A DNA stretch of 64,000 nt from an uncultured Candidatus Saccharibacteria bacterium (GCA_964432275.1 CAYSMH010000002.1:9418-73417), one strand, 5' to 3'. Positions 29,592 through 39,828 are shown, counted from the stretch's first letter. Made by a program: numbers and translations. The notes: generated from the letters alone by a model not told the origin.

Positions 29592-31265
29592 TTATTTCTT
29601 CGTCACCTCTCCGTAGTCCCCTTTCGACAGATACTTCGCGATATCGTCTTTGGCCACGCCCACTTTTTTATGAGGGTTGAAGATATACATAGGGTCAAAG
29701 ATTTCTTTGGTTTCTTGGAAGAGGTTGGTGACGATGGAGCCGTACTGTTTCTCGAGGTATGGTGAGCGAATAATGCCGTCGTTGTGCTCTGCTGTGATAG
29801 AACCCTTGAACTCAAGTACAAGATCGTACACTTCATCAGAGAGCGTCAGGATAATCTCTCGCGTCTTGGGATCCTTGAGATCCATGAGTGGGATAATGTG
29901 AAAGTTGCCATCTCCAGGATGTCCTGCGATCGTGTATGTGAGATCGTATTTTTTCAATATCGTATCGAGTTTGGGCAAGAACTCTGGCAAATACTCAGGC
30001 TTGACCACAAAGTCATCGATAAACGGTGCAGTGTGCTTGCCTTTGACATGCTTGCGCAGGAGGTTGAAGCTCTCGTGACGCACATCCCAGTATTTGCCTT
30101 CTTCGGCTTCACTTTGGGTGACGTGAGTAAGTACACGAAACTGATCTTTGAGTACACGCGAGAGTGATGTTGCCTTTTGTTGGATGACTTCATGATCATC
30201 TCCGGCAAACTCGATGAGTAAGATCATTTTAGGAATACCGCCTGCAAGCGTCATAAAGAACTCAGGGATAAATGAGAACATAAACTTGATCATGCCCCAG
30301 AGCTTCTTTTTCTTGAGGAAGTCTCCAAAGAACTTCACCGCTACTTTGAGTGTGTTGTCATCGTAGCTTTCGATACTTTCGGGATGCTGCGTGAGCGCCA
30401 CGTTTACGATCCGCCCGATATCTTTCATGTCTTTGAGAAAGACAACACACAGTGTAGAGAACTTCTTGACCGGTACGAGCTTGAACGTGATCTCTGTGAC
30501 GATGCCGAGCGTACCTTGTGAACCGACGATAAGTCTGCAGAGGTCAAATGTTTCTGTTGTAGGATCCCAGACGTTCCAGAGGTAGTATCCGGCAGAGTTT
30601 TTAGATACATCAGGCTTTGCACCGGTGATCGTCTTGATATTGTCAGTTATGAGCTTGTACAAACGTCTGTACATATCTGCTTCAAATCCGACTTCCCCCA
30701 CCTTGGTCATGAGCTCTTTGCGCGTCATCGGTCGTACGGTGTACTCATAGCCGTCGGTGAACACGACCTTGAGCTCCTTGATGTAGTTTTCTACCTTTCC
30801 ATAATAAATAGACTTCTCTCCGCCTGAGTTGTTGGCAACCATACCACCAACCGCACACAGATCGCGCGATGCAGTATATGCAGGCATGATGAGGCCTGCT
30901 TTTTTCGTTTCAGTATCAAAATCTCGATAGTACGTACCTGGCAACACTCTCGCCCACTGCTCGACAGCGTTGACCTCCAGTGTCCCTGTCATGTAGCGAG
31001 TCGTATCGATAATGATACTCTCGCCAAGTGCGCCCCCACTCATACAGGTACCTGCAGCACGCATTGTGATCGACAGTGTTGGATCATTCTTTTTCTCAGT
31101 TGCAACGTATTTCACCACAGCTGCAATGTCAGCACTGTCTTTGGGGAAAACCACCACCTGTGGTCGCATTTCAAACAGTGACGCATCACGCGATGCCTTG
31201 TCGAGTGCTAGTTCACTTGTATCGACATCTCCTTTGATTATGTTTTTGATATCGTCTGCAATCAT
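29592..31265 (-). CDS. FAD-linked oxidoreductase (GlcD/D-lactate dehydrogenase-like)
   Basis: RAAGTCMSG, GGMVANNSGG, VGSQGTLG, GHPGDGNFH, AEHNDG, FDPMYIFNP. Confidence 0.9.
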   Translation of the reverse strand: MIADDIKNIIKGDVDTSELALDKASRDASLFEMRPQVVVFPKDSADIAAVVKYVATEKKNDPTLSITMRAAGTCMSGGALGESIIIDTTRYMTGTLEVNAVEQWARVLPGTYYRDFDTETKKAGLIMPAYTASRDLCAVGGMVANNSGGEKSIYYGKVENYIKELKVVFTDGYEYTVRPMTRKELMTKVGEVGFEADMYRRLYKLITDNIKTITGAKPDVSKNSAGYYLWNVWDPTTETFDLCRLIVGSQGTLGIVTEITFKLVPVKKFSTLCVVFLKDMKDIGRIVNVALTQHPESIESYDDNTLKVAVKFFGDFLKKKKLWGMIKFMFSFIPEFFMTLAGGIPKMILLIEFAGDDHEVIQQKATSLSRVLKDQFRVLTHVTQSEAEEGKYWDVRHESFNLLRKHVKGKHTAPFIDDFVVKPEYLPEFLPKLDTILKKYDLTYTIAGHPGDGNFHIIPLMDLKDPKTREIILTLSDEVYDLVLEFKGSITAEHNDGIIRSPYLEKQYGSIVTNLFQETKEIFDPMYIFNPHKKVGVAKDDIAKYLSKGDYGEVTKK

Positions 31266-31267
31266 GG

Positions 31268-32137
31268 TTAGATCATTCGGTTAAACTTCTTGAGCTTCTC
31301 GGTCACAACAGCTTCCATTGCGAGAGATGCATTGGTGCCGTACTTGTATGGAGCAATGTCTTCGGGGTTGTTCTCCATGTACGACTTGAGTGCGCTTGTA
31401 TATGCACGACGTATCTCAGTGTTGACGTGAACGATTGCGATACCCGCTTCGATCGCCGCATCAAAGTCTGCATCTTCTCCACTTCCTCCATGAAGCACGA
31501 GTGGTGTCACAGGGAGTGCAGCAGTAATCTGCTTGATACAGTCAATATCAAGTCGTGGTTTGTTGCCCACTTTCAACATACCGTGGAAGTTACCCACTGC
31601 AGGCGCGAGCATGTCGGCACCTGTCTCTGCTATGAACTTCTGTGCTTCAGCCGCACTCGTAGTCACAGCGACTCCTTCGGGGATAGCATCGCGCATTTTG
31701 GAACCTTCACCGATATACCCGAGCTCGATCTCTACAACAATATCGCGACCAGTTGCAGCGGTCACAGATCGTGCGTACTCGACACACTGTTTGGATACTT
31801 GAACATTTTCTTCGTAGCTATGCGCTGCGCCATCATAGATCACGCTATCAAAGCCTGCATCGATCGCATCCTTCACAGTCGCAAATGAGTAATGATGATC
31901 AGCATTGAGATAGATATCGATCCCCCAGTGTTCACGGATCGTTTGTACCAATGCGACTGCTTGGTGTGTCCCGACTGCTTCTTGCTCACCTTCTGAGAGT
32001 CCGACGATCACCGGTACACCCAAGGTCTTGGCAGCACGAGCGATGGCATAGAGACCTTCGAGGTTGGAGAAGTTGAAATGACCAATAGCGACCTTTTTCG
32101 CTCGAGCTTCAGCAACGCACTGACGGAGGGATTTCAT
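31268..32137 (-). CDS. fba: Class II fructose-bisphosphate aldolase
   Basis: GHFN, LNADH, GFDSVIYDG, VEIELG, AVGNFHG, LVLHGGSG, VNTE. Confidence 0.92.
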   Translation of the reverse strand: MKSLRQCVAEARAKKVAIGHFNFSNLEGLYAIARAAKTLGVPVIVGLSEGEQEAVGTHQAVALVQTIREHWGIDIYLNADHHYSFATVKDAIDAGFDSVIYDGAAHSYEENVQVSKQCVEYARSVTAATGRDIVVEIELGYIGEGSKMRDAIPEGVAVTTSAAEAQKFIAETGADMLAPAVGNFHGMLKVGNKPRLDIDCIKQITAALPVTPLVLHGGSGEDADFDAAIEAGIAIVHVNTEIRRAYTSALKSYMENNPEDIAPYKYGTNASLAMEAVVTEKLKKFNRMI

Positions 32138-32192
32138 AGGTGAAGTGTAGCATAAAAAAATGGATAAATATTTATCCATTTTTTACATAATC

Positions 32193-32396
32193 CTACAAAG
32201 TTCCACCATATGTTTTATATTTTCTTGACAACCCAAAGGCGCAAATTATCACAAAAACAAAACCAATGATACATACTAACGAAAGATCATTAACTATTTG
32301 ATCTAAGGGTTTATTTTTATTGTCATAAATGGTCTTAAAAAAAATAGTTATACATACAATTACTACAGTGTAGGAGAAGATAATTAATTTATTCAT
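32193..32396 (-). CDS. Small membrane protein (AT-rich ORFan)
   Basis: Two hydrophobic stretches; TTGACA upstream; perfect palindrome 32155-32184 downstream. Confidence 0.5.
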   Translation of the reverse strand: MNKLIIFSYTVVIVCITIFFKTIYDNKNKPLDQIVNDLSLVCIIGFVFVIICAFGLSRKYKTYGGTL

Positions 32397-32481
32397 ATCC
32401 AAAGATTTCAATAACTTTAAACTATTATTAGATAATATGTCAATAGTATCAAACACTCCTTATTTCCTCTATAATTGACCC

Positions 32482-33474
32482 ATGGATACCCAAATAGACT
32501 TCCTCGCCATTGGCGACATTGTGACCGATGCATTTATTCGCATCAAAGATGCTGAAGCAACCTGCGACCTCGACAAACACAACTGCAAACTCTGCGTTCG
32601 CTTCGGCGACAAAGTCCCCTACGAGTCTATGACCGAGCTTCGCGCGGTGGGCAACTCCGCCAACGCCGCTGTCGCAGCTGCACGACTCGGGGTGAAAAGC
32701 GCACTCCTGACTCATCTGGGCAAGGATCTCAATGGAGAAAACTGTATCGCCGAGCTCAAGAAAAACAACGTCGACACGCACTTCGTCTACGCCCACGAAG
32801 GCATGAAGACCAACTACCACTACGTACTATGGTACGACGTCGAACGCACGATCCTCATCAAGCATGAGTCCTACCCGCTCGTTTTCCCAAGTATCCCAGT
32901 CGCACCTAAAATGCTCTATCTCTCTTCTCTCGGAGATCACACAGAGAAATACCATCAAGACATCGCAGACTACATCAAGGCACACCCGGATATGAAGGTG
33001 GTGTTCCAACCAGGAACGTTTCAGATCAAGCTCGGTGCCGAGACACTCAAGGATATTTATGCAAACACCTACGCATTCTTTTGCAACCTCGAAGAAGCAA
33101 AACGAATCCTCAACACTGACGAACACGAAATCCCAATGCTGATCAAGGCACTGCACAAGCTCGGCCCCAAGCTCGTATTTATCACCGATGGTATCAATGG
33201 TGCGTATGCATCAGACGGTGTAGAGGCATGGTTTATGCCAGTGTATCCACATGATCCCTACGAGCGCACGGGTGCAGGTGATGCATTTGCATCGACCGTG
33301 TCAGTTGCACTGCTCAAAGGCAAGTCACTTGCAGAAGCGCTATCATGGGGGCCGGTGAACTCGATGTCAGTCGTGCAGTACGTCGGTGCACAAGAAGGTC
33401 TCCTTTCCGAAGAAAAGATTGCAAAATATTTATCAGAAGCACCAGTGAGCTACGCTGCGCAGCCACTTTTTTAA
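32482..33474 (+). CDS. PfkB-family carbohydrate kinase
   Basis: GNSANAAVAAARLG, N.EEA, ITDG..GA, ERTGAGDAF. Confidence 0.92.
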   Translation: MDTQIDFLAIGDIVTDAFIRIKDAEATCDLDKHNCKLCVRFGDKVPYESMTELRAVGNSANAAVAAARLGVKSALLTHLGKDLNGENCIAELKKNNVDTHFVYAHEGMKTNYHYVLWYDVERTILIKHESYPLVFPSIPVAPKMLYLSSLGDHTEKYHQDIADYIKAHPDMKVVFQPGTFQIKLGAETLKDIYANTYAFFCNLEEAKRILNTDEHEIPMLIKALHKLGPKLVFITDGINGAYASDGVEAWFMPVYPHDPYERTGAGDAFASTVSVALLKGKSLAEALSWGPVNSMSVVQYVGAQEGLLSEEKIAKYLSEAPVSYAAQPLF

Positions 33475-33484
33475 TTAGTATATT

Positions 33485-33907
33485 ATGAGCATATTTGAAA
33501 ATTTCGAAAATTATTTTAACAACAAAGATGTTAAAAGTGAGAGCGCTCAAGAAGAAATGAATGATCTATTGAAAAATAAACAAGTGCACACAGAAGCTCG
33601 ACATGCTATCTATCAAGAATTTGAAACTCTCCAAACAAATATAGATAGATTAAATAGTGAGATTGATGAACTTATTCCGCAACAAAATAAGGCTGGGGTT
33701 TCTGTAGCTATTGCTCAAAAACATGGAGAGCTTAGTATATATGAAGACAGGTTAGAAGATTTTATAAAAAAATATCCCAAGATGACAGAAATGGAATATT
33801 CTATGATAGACACTATACGTCAAAAACTAGATGAGAAAAAGAAAATTCTCGCAAGTCTACAAAATAACGAAATTGAAAGTGTGAATTCAATAGCTCGCAG
33901 GAACTAG
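33485..33907 (+). CDS. Hypothetical coiled-coil protein
   Basis: 140-aa AT-rich ORF filling the gap between convergent core genes. Confidence 0.65.
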   Translation: MSIFENFENYFNNKDVKSESAQEEMNDLLKNKQVHTEARHAIYQEFETLQTNIDRLNSEIDELIPQQNKAGVSVAIAQKHGELSIYEDRLEDFIKKYPKMTEMEYSMIDTIRQKLDEKKKILASLQNNEIESVNSIARRN

Positions 33908-34899
33908 CCCTTTCTCTCTATCACTTTCATCACTGCAGCAGTGATCGCATCGCGCCCCATGCCGTAGTGTTCGATGAGCTGGTTTGGTGTACCCGACTGA
34001 CCAAACTGATCTTTAACTCCGACAAACTCCATGGGTACTGGGTATGTCTGTACAAGCACTTCTGCAACAGCGCTTCCTAGTCCTCCTGCGATCTGATGTT
34101 CTTCTACTGTAACGATGCATTTGGTCTCTCGCGCACAAGTCAGAAGCAGATCTTTGTCGATTGGTTTGATCGTGTGAATGTTTACCACAATCACTTTGAT
34201 ATGTTTTGCTTCGAGGTCTTTTGCAACCTTGAGCGCAGTGGCGACAAGTGCTCCTGTGGCAACGATCGTCACATGTGCAATACCTTCTGGACGAAATAGT
34301 ACTTGCCCTTTCCCTATTTCAAATGGAGTTTCTTCTGTAGTAATCACAGGAGTTTTCTCACGAGCAAGACGCAAGTATGCAATACAAGGTTTGTTAGATA
34401 GCGCGAGAGTTGCCCGCTTTGCCTGGATAGCGTCGCATGGAGAGATGACCGTCATCCGAGGGATCACGCGCATGAGCGCAATGTCTTCGACCGCTTGGTG
34501 TGTGCCACCGTCTGGACCCACAGAGATACCAGCATGGGAGCCAACCACGACTGCTGGGCGGTCGTTGTACGCGATCGTGGTGCGGATCTGTTCCCAGTTG
34601 CGTCCGGGGCTAAACATGGCGTACGAAGAAAAGAATGGATATTTACCCATCGCTGCCATACCACTTGCGACTGTTGCCAAGTTTTGCTCCGCAACACCGA
34701 TCTCCACAAACCGCTCTGGGAACTTATTTTTAAACAAGTGCATCTGCGTACTCTCTGTCAGATCGGCACATAGTGCAACAATGTTTTTATGTGTATCTCC
34801 AGCTATCGCCAACCCTTCGCCAAAACCTTTGCGAATAGGAACTTGCTCGACATCGTCGGCAAATACTTTGGGGTTGAGTTTGAGGTCAGGGTTGAGCAC
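33904..34899 (-). CDS. Transketolase C-terminal subunit
   Basis: ADLTEST, EIGVAEQN, GPDGGTHQAVED, VEEHQIAGGLG. Confidence 0.94.
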   Translation of the reverse strand: MLNPDLKLNPKVFADDVEQVPIRKGFGEGLAIAGDTHKNIVALCADLTESTQMHLFKNKFPERFVEIGVAEQNLATVASGMAAMGKYPFFSSYAMFSPGRNWEQIRTTIAYNDRPAVVVGSHAGISVGPDGGTHQAVEDIALMRVIPRMTVISPCDAIQAKRATLALSNKPCIAYLRLAREKTPVITTEETPFEIGKGQVLFRPEGIAHVTIVATGALVATALKVAKDLEAKHIKVIVVNIHTIKPIDKDLLLTCARETKCIVTVEEHQIAGGLGSAVAEVLVQTYPVPMEFVGVKDQFGQSGTPNQLIEHYGMGRDAITAAVMKVIERKG

Positions 34900-34901
34900 G
34901 A

Positions 34902-35171
34902 TTATCGTCTCGATTTTGCTTCTAATTTGGAAACACGAACTGTAAGTGCGTCAAACTTTTGATTGGAAGGAAACTTATCATGGAGAGCAAGGATATCAGA
35001 TCGAAGCTTTTGCTGACCTTCTTCGAGATTTTGTAGTCGATGTTCAACAGTACTAAATCGGGTATCCATCGTATCTTGTAATGAAGAAAAACCTGTCGCC
35101 ATAGCGCGCGCCAAATTATCAATTTTGTCTTCGAGAGACTTTGGTTTTTTTGTGCCAAATTCTTTTATCAT
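34902..35171 (-). CDS. Small coiled-coil hypothetical protein
   Basis: 89-aa ORF with own -10 box 6 nt upstream. Confidence 0.7.
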   Translation of the reverse strand: MIKEFGTKKPKSLEDKIDNLARAMATGFSSLQDTMDTRFSTVEHRLQNLEEGQQKLRSDILALHDKFPSNQKFDALTVRVSKLEAKSRR

Positions 35172-35188
35172 ACATCTAGTATATACCC

Positions 35189-35404
35189 CTACACTTCAGA
35201 AACAAGAACAAATCGTGGTACAGTGCCGCCTTCCCACTCCACATCATTAAAAAATAAATTCATCGGGCGAATATAGATCTTGCCACTATGCATCTGTTCG
35301 TACACAACCATATCTTCTCCTGTTTCAGAATGCTTTCCCAAAATAATGATCTTATAATCATTTCCCTTATAGTGCTTCCAAATTTGTCCGGGTTTGAGTT
35401 CCAT
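35189..35404 (-). CDS. DUF1653-family protein
   Basis: WKHYKGNDY, HSETGEDMVVY, RPMNLF, VPRF. Confidence 0.85.
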   Translation of the reverse strand: MELKPGQIWKHYKGNDYKIIILGKHSETGEDMVVYEQMHSGKIYIRPMNLFFNDVEWEGGTVPRFVLVSEV

Positions 35405-35406
35405 TA

Positions 35407-35670
35407 CTATGTTCTAATCTTTAGTATAGATCTTATTGATATAAATATAATACCGATATAATAAGGTACTAAAGTTATAGCCCCGAGTAACCAGATAACC
35501 CCTGATTTAAAATCAGGCAAATTTATATTTTTTATAAACACAGGAAGAAAGTAAATAGTAACCATTAGAGTCCAGAAAATAATTCTAGATGAGGGCTTAT
35601 GCGAAGTATACTTTCGGTCAATCACCGTGAGTAGGAAAAATATTACAACTATATAGACTAATAAAATCAT
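35407..35670 (-). CDS. Small membrane protein
   Basis: Three hydrophobic helices, tightly coupled to neighbours. Confidence 0.6.
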   Translation of the reverse strand: MILLVYIVVIFFLLTVIDRKYTSHKPSSRIIFWTLMVTIYFLPVFIKNINLPDFKSGVIWLLGAITLVPYYIGIIFISIRSILKIRT

Positions 35671-35673
35671 AAT

Positions 35674-36540
35674 TTATTTATGCTCGCTCTTAATCTTGCC
35701 TCCCAATGTACGCAGCTCATCTAGTGCCATGGTTGCTTCTTCTTTGTTGGGAGCTTTGCCATGCCATTCAAACTTTCGTTCAAACTCACGGACGCCGCGA
35801 CCTGGGATCGTGCGCGCAATGATGACTGATGGCTTTTCGAACACTGCTTTTGCTTTGTTCACCGCATTGATCACCGCCTCGATGTTGTTGCCATCTATTT
35901 CTTGGACATGCCAGTTGAACGCTTCCCATTTCTCGGTGAGACTGTCGAGCGGCATGATGTCTTCGGTATAGCCGTCAATCTGTATGTTGTTGCGATCCAC
36001 TATTGCGATCACGTTGCGTAGCTTTTCTTTGCCAGCAAGCATGATAGCCTCCCAGTTGTTGCCTTCGTTGAGTTCACCGTCTCCGAGTAAGCAATAAAAA
36101 TATTTGGACGATGTAACCCCAAAGTCCATGCGATCTGCAATCGCCATGCCCACAGCCTGCGAAAGTCCTGAGCCAAGCGGACCGCTCGAGTTTTCAAGCA
36201 TCGGCAAGTATTCGCGATGCGGATGCCCTTGCAAGCGCGAACCAAACTTGCGCAGTGTTTGCAATTCTTCTAGTGGGAAATACCCTGCATGCGCCATAGT
36301 CGCATAGAGCACTGGGTTGATATGGCCATTTGAGAGTACTAATCTGTCGCGATCTGCCCATGCTGGATCTTCGGGTTTGTGTCGCATGATATCAAAGTAC
36401 AGTGCAGTGAACACATCGGCCATACCGAGTGGTCCCGCAGTGTGTCCACTTCCCGCTTCAAGCAACATCGAGATGATTGATTGTCGTATCTCGTTTGCCT
36501 TGATCTCTAATTCTCTAATGGTGAAGTCGCCTGATGACAT
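35674..36540 (-). CDS. Transketolase N-terminal subunit
   Basis: GSGH, DRLVLSNGH, LQGHP, GDGELNEG TPP motif. Confidence 0.94.
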   Translation of the reverse strand: MSSGDFTIRELEIKANEIRQSIISMLLEAGSGHTAGPLGMADVFTALYFDIMRHKPEDPAWADRDRLVLSNGHINPVLYATMAHAGYFPLEELQTLRKFGSRLQGHPHREYLPMLENSSGPLGSGLSQAVGMAIADRMDFGVTSSKYFYCLLGDGELNEGNNWEAIMLAGKEKLRNVIAIVDRNNIQIDGYTEDIMPLDSLTEKWEAFNWHVQEIDGNNIEAVINAVNKAKAVFEKPSVIIARTIPGRGVREFERKFEWHGKAPNKEEATMALDELRTLGGKIKSEHK

Positions 36541-37220
36541 ATAGATTTGAACTTCTGTATTGTACCGTGCAAATCATTTGATTGAAAGATAGCAGAGCCC
36601 ACAACAAGCATGTCGGCACCTGCTTGGACCAATGTCGCAGCGTTATCAAGTGATACCGCACCATCAACTGCAATATGTTTATCTGGGAAAAGTTGTCGCG
36701 CCTTTTTCACTTGCTCAATAACGCGCGGATCAAATGCTTGCTGCTGGAAGCCGACGTTTTGTATTCCCATACACTGCACGGTATTGATATATTCACTATA
36801 GGGTTGTACCAAGGCAAGATCAGTATCAACACCAACCGCTATTCCAAACGATACAGTAGAGCGCACAATCTCTGGCAAGTGTTGAAAATACGCAAGCATC
36901 TTTTCTGTATCGAGTCCTTCTGCATGGAAAATGATCTTGGATGGACCAAGCGCGATAAACGTATCGATATGTGTGAGCGGGTCCTTGATCATGAGATCAA
37001 ATTCGTAATCAATTTCTTCCCAATGCGGCAAGCCTTCTTCTTGGGTGAGAAATGCTTCGAGTACGTCTTCGTTTTTGTTGTTGAACCACCAGGTGCGGTT
37101 GGTTGCAAAGTGTCCATCCACAAAGTCGACCTGTACGGTGTGCACGGCACCATATATTTTCTCGACACCATCTTTGATGTCGTAGTAGCGCATGGGTAGT
37201 ATAGCGGGGATTATTTTCAT
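36507..37220 (-). CDS. rpe: Ribulose-phosphate 3-epimerase
   Basis: MKIIPAIL, QVDFVDGHF, GFQQQAF, VDGAVS, LVVGSAIF. Confidence 0.88.
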   Translation of the reverse strand: MKIIPAILPMRYYDIKDGVEKIYGAVHTVQVDFVDGHFATNRTWWFNNKNEDVLEAFLTQEEGLPHWEEIDYEFDLMIKDPLTHIDTFIALGPSKIIFHAEGLDTEKMLAYFQHLPEIVRSTVSFGIAVGVDTDLALVQPYSEYINTVQCMGIQNVGFQQQAFDPRVIEQVKKARQLFPDKHIAVDGAVSLDNAATLVQAGADMLVVGSAIFQSNDLHGTIQKFKSICHQATSPLEN

Positions 37221-37221
37221 A

Positions 37222-37659
37222 TTAAAACTTGCTTATTCTCCGCACATGTCGCTCTTCATTGGTAAATGCTGTCGCAAGCCATAGAGTGACTGCTTGTATA
37301 GATTCTTGGGGTGTTATAAACCGCGCACTGAGTGAGAGCATGTTGGCACCGTTATGCTCACGCGAGAGTGTGAGTATCTCTGTCGGACCTCCATAGTACA
37401 CTGCACAACGTACACCAGATACACGGTTGGCACACATTGCCTCACCTTGACCTGAACCACCAAACACTATACCCATACTCTCTATATCACTAGCCACGGC
37501 TTGCGCGCACGGCAACACATAGTCTGGATAATCATCCCCTTCGACAAGCTCATTTGCACCATGATCCACGACTTCCACACCTTCTTGCGCAAGCAAGAAT
37601 TCTTTTACCGCTTCTTTGTGTGCATATCCTGCGTGATCGGTAGCGAGATGAATGATCAT
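37222..37659 (-). CDS. rpiB: Ribose-5-phosphate isomerase B
   Basis: ATDHAG, DDYPD, GGSGQGEAM.ANR, REHN.ANML, RHVRRI. Confidence 0.93.
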   Translation of the reverse strand: MIIHLATDHAGYAHKEAVKEFLLAQEGVEVVDHGANELVEGDDYPDYVLPCAQAVASDIESMGIVFGGSGQGEAMCANRVSGVRCAVYYGGPTEILTLSREHNGANMLSLSARFITPQESIQAVTLWLATAFTNEERHVRRISKF

Positions 37660-37660
37660 A

Positions 37661-38308
37661 TTATCGGATAGGTACAGTCACGCGCAACTCTACTGTCTCG
37701 TTTGCAAATGTCTGGTCGATACCAAACTGTTTCAGATCAAGAGTAAATGTCGCTGCAAGCTCGTTTGCACTACGAGTCACCGGGAATGAAACTGCCTTGG
37801 TCACACCGTGGATCGTGAAGTTGCCCGAGAGAAATGCTGCCTCACAGATATCTGCAGGACCACATGAGGAGAGGTCTGCCATTGTGTTGTCCTTGGTCAC
37901 AACAAATGTTGCAGTTGGATACTTTGCGGTATCAAAGAAGTCATCTGTTTTCAAATGCTCAGTCACTTTTTCAGTATCAGTCGAGAGGCTGTTTACATTG
38001 ACCACTATCTTGCCGCTGATTGCACCCTTGGCATCTAGCGCAAGGCTGGAGTTCACTACAGCAAATGATCCGACATGTTTCTTGCCAGGACCAAAGCCGG
38101 TGAACCCGACAGTAACCTTGCTGTTGTCGACTTGCTTGCCTGCACTACTGACAGGAGTCGTAGGTGTAGGTGTTGTACTATCCCCTGTTGCAGGTGTTTC
38201 CTCAGTAATAGTAGCTGCTGGGGTTGCAGCGTCAGGCTGTGTCTGGATCTTTTGCCATCCGAAATAGCCGAGTACTGCGATAATAACGATAAGTAAAAAT
38301 GTTTTCAT
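37661..38308 (-). CDS. YceI-family lipid/polyisoprenoid-binding protein
   Basis: HLKTDDFFDTAKYPTATF, GNFTIHGVTK. Confidence 0.88.
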   Translation of the reverse strand: MKTFLLIVIIAVLGYFGWQKIQTQPDAATPAATITEETPATGDSTTPTPTTPVSSAGKQVDNSKVTVGFTGFGPGKKHVGSFAVVNSSLALDAKGAISGKIVVNVNSLSTDTEKVTEHLKTDDFFDTAKYPTATFVVTKDNTMADLSSCGPADICEAAFLSGNFTIHGVTKAVSFPVTRSANELAATFTLDLKQFGIDQTFANETVELRVTVPIR

Positions 38309-38322
38309 AAAAATAGTATACC

Positions 38323-38400
38323 TTATTTAGTAATAGTCTTCCCTGTCTTAATCACATGATCAACGAGCGTATACGTATATATCATTTCGTTATCATACCA
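38323..38400 (-). pseudogene. Displaced duplicate of the gap 3' end (last 25 codons)
   Basis: Encodes WYDNEMIYTYTLVDHVIKTGKTITK*, versus gap WYDNEMGYTYTLVDHVIKTGKTIK* at 38713-38787. Confidence 0.9.
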
Positions 38401-38402
38401 TG

Positions 38403-38708
38403 TTACTGGTATGACCCTTTTAGTATAATTTTCTGATCAAATCCTCCTCGTTCTTCCTTTTTCTTCAATCGAATCGCTTCGACACCTGAGTATTCAGGAA
38501 GTTGTTTAAGGGCTTCAATCACTTCTACAATATCTGCCAATTCTTCCAAATCACCAGCTTCAGCAAATTCCTTAATTTCTTCACCAAGTTTTTTTATGAG
38601 CTCAGTTTTATATTCCTCTGGAGAAGCAAGTCGCTTTTCGTAAGAAATATTCTTTGCATCTAGAATTTCTGGAATTTTATCTCTGACTAATTTGTTGTAG
38701 TTTTCCAT
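38403..38708 (-). CDS. Nucleoside triphosphate pyrophosphohydrolase (MazG/phosphoribosyl-ATP pyrophosphohydrolase-like)
   Basis: YNKLVRDKIPEI, KLGEE..EF, EELADIVEVI, KKEERGGF. Confidence 0.85.
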   Translation of the reverse strand: MENYNKLVRDKIPEILDAKNISYEKRLASPEEYKTELIKKLGEEIKEFAEAGDLEELADIVEVIEALKQLPEYSGVEAIRLKKKEERGGFDQKIILKGSYQ

Positions 38709-38712
38709 AAAA

Positions 38713-39738
38713 TTATTTTATCGTCTTCCCTGTCTTAATCACATGATCTACCAACGTATACGTATACCCCATTTCATTGTCGTACCACCCCATGACTTTC
38801 ACGAGGTTGCCGCCGACGACGCGAGTCATTTCGAGATCAGCGATCGATGCATGTGAGTTACCGAGAATATCGCTCGAGACGAGTGGTTCATTGGTCACTG
38901 CAAATATCCCTTTCCAACGGTCAGTCATTGACGCCTTGGTCAGTATGTCGTTGACCTCTGCTGCAGTCGTATCCTTTTTAGAAATAAATGTCACGTCGAC
39001 AATCGAGCCCGCAGGTACTGGTACTCGGATAGAAATACCATCGAACTTGTCAGTGAGCTCAGGGTACGCCTTGGTCACTGCGATCGCAGCTCCGGTAGAT
39101 GACGGCACGATGTTTTGTGCAGCGGCGCGGCCTTCACGCAAGTCTTTCTTGCTTGGGCCATCGACGAGTGACTGTGATGCAGTGTAGCCGTGGACTGTGT
39201 TGAGGATCGCCTTTTCGATACCAAGTGCGTCGTGGAGGATACCGATCAGTGGAGATGCAGCGTTGGTGGTACAGGATGCATTACTCGTGATATCGCAGGT
39301 ACCAAATTTCTCTTCGTTGACACCGAGCAGTATCGTCTCACCTGGAAATGACCCGTCACCTTTGCTTGGTGCAGAGATCACGACCTTTTTTGCACCTTGG
39401 TCGAGATGGAACTTCGCCTTTTCGTATGCAGTAAAGAGACCGGTGGATTCGACGACGACATCAATACCGAGCTCGCGCCATGGCAACTTGGTTGTGTCTT
39501 TTTCAGAGATGAACTTCACGGTCTTGCCATCGATCACCAGATCGGTGCCACTGACTTCTACCTTGTGTCCCCACTTCCTATACACTGTGTCGTATCGCAA
39601 GAGATATGCGAGACTTTCGATCGAACCGAGGTCGTTGACCGCGACGATCTCGATCTCGGGGCGCTCCCATGCGATCTTGAGAAATGCTCGACCAATGCGT
39701 CCGAAACCGTTGATAGCTACCTTGATTGTTTTATCCAT
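38713..39738 (-). CDS. gap: Glyceraldehyde-3-phosphate dehydrogenase, type I
   Basis: INGFGRIGR, SNASCTTN, WYDNE. Confidence 0.97.
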   Translation of the reverse strand: MDKTIKVAINGFGRIGRAFLKIAWERPEIEIVAVNDLGSIESLAYLLRYDTVYRKWGHKVEVSGTDLVIDGKTVKFISEKDTTKLPWRELGIDVVVESTGLFTAYEKAKFHLDQGAKKVVISAPSKGDGSFPGETILLGVNEEKFGTCDITSNASCTTNAASPLIGILHDALGIEKAILNTVHGYTASQSLVDGPSKKDLREGRAAAQNIVPSSTGAAIAVTKAYPELTDKFDGISIRVPVPAGSIVDVTFISKKDTTAAEVNDILTKASMTDRWKGIFAVTNEPLVSSDILGNSHASIADLEMTRVVGGNLVKVMGWYDNEMGYTYTLVDHVIKTGKTIK

Positions 39739-39828
39739 AGCTAGAGTATACCAGAAATAAAAAGAGCGCTTCTTTAGAAAAAGATGCGCTCCTTACCCAG
39801 TGTGCTGCCAAAAACGGCATTAGAGCTA

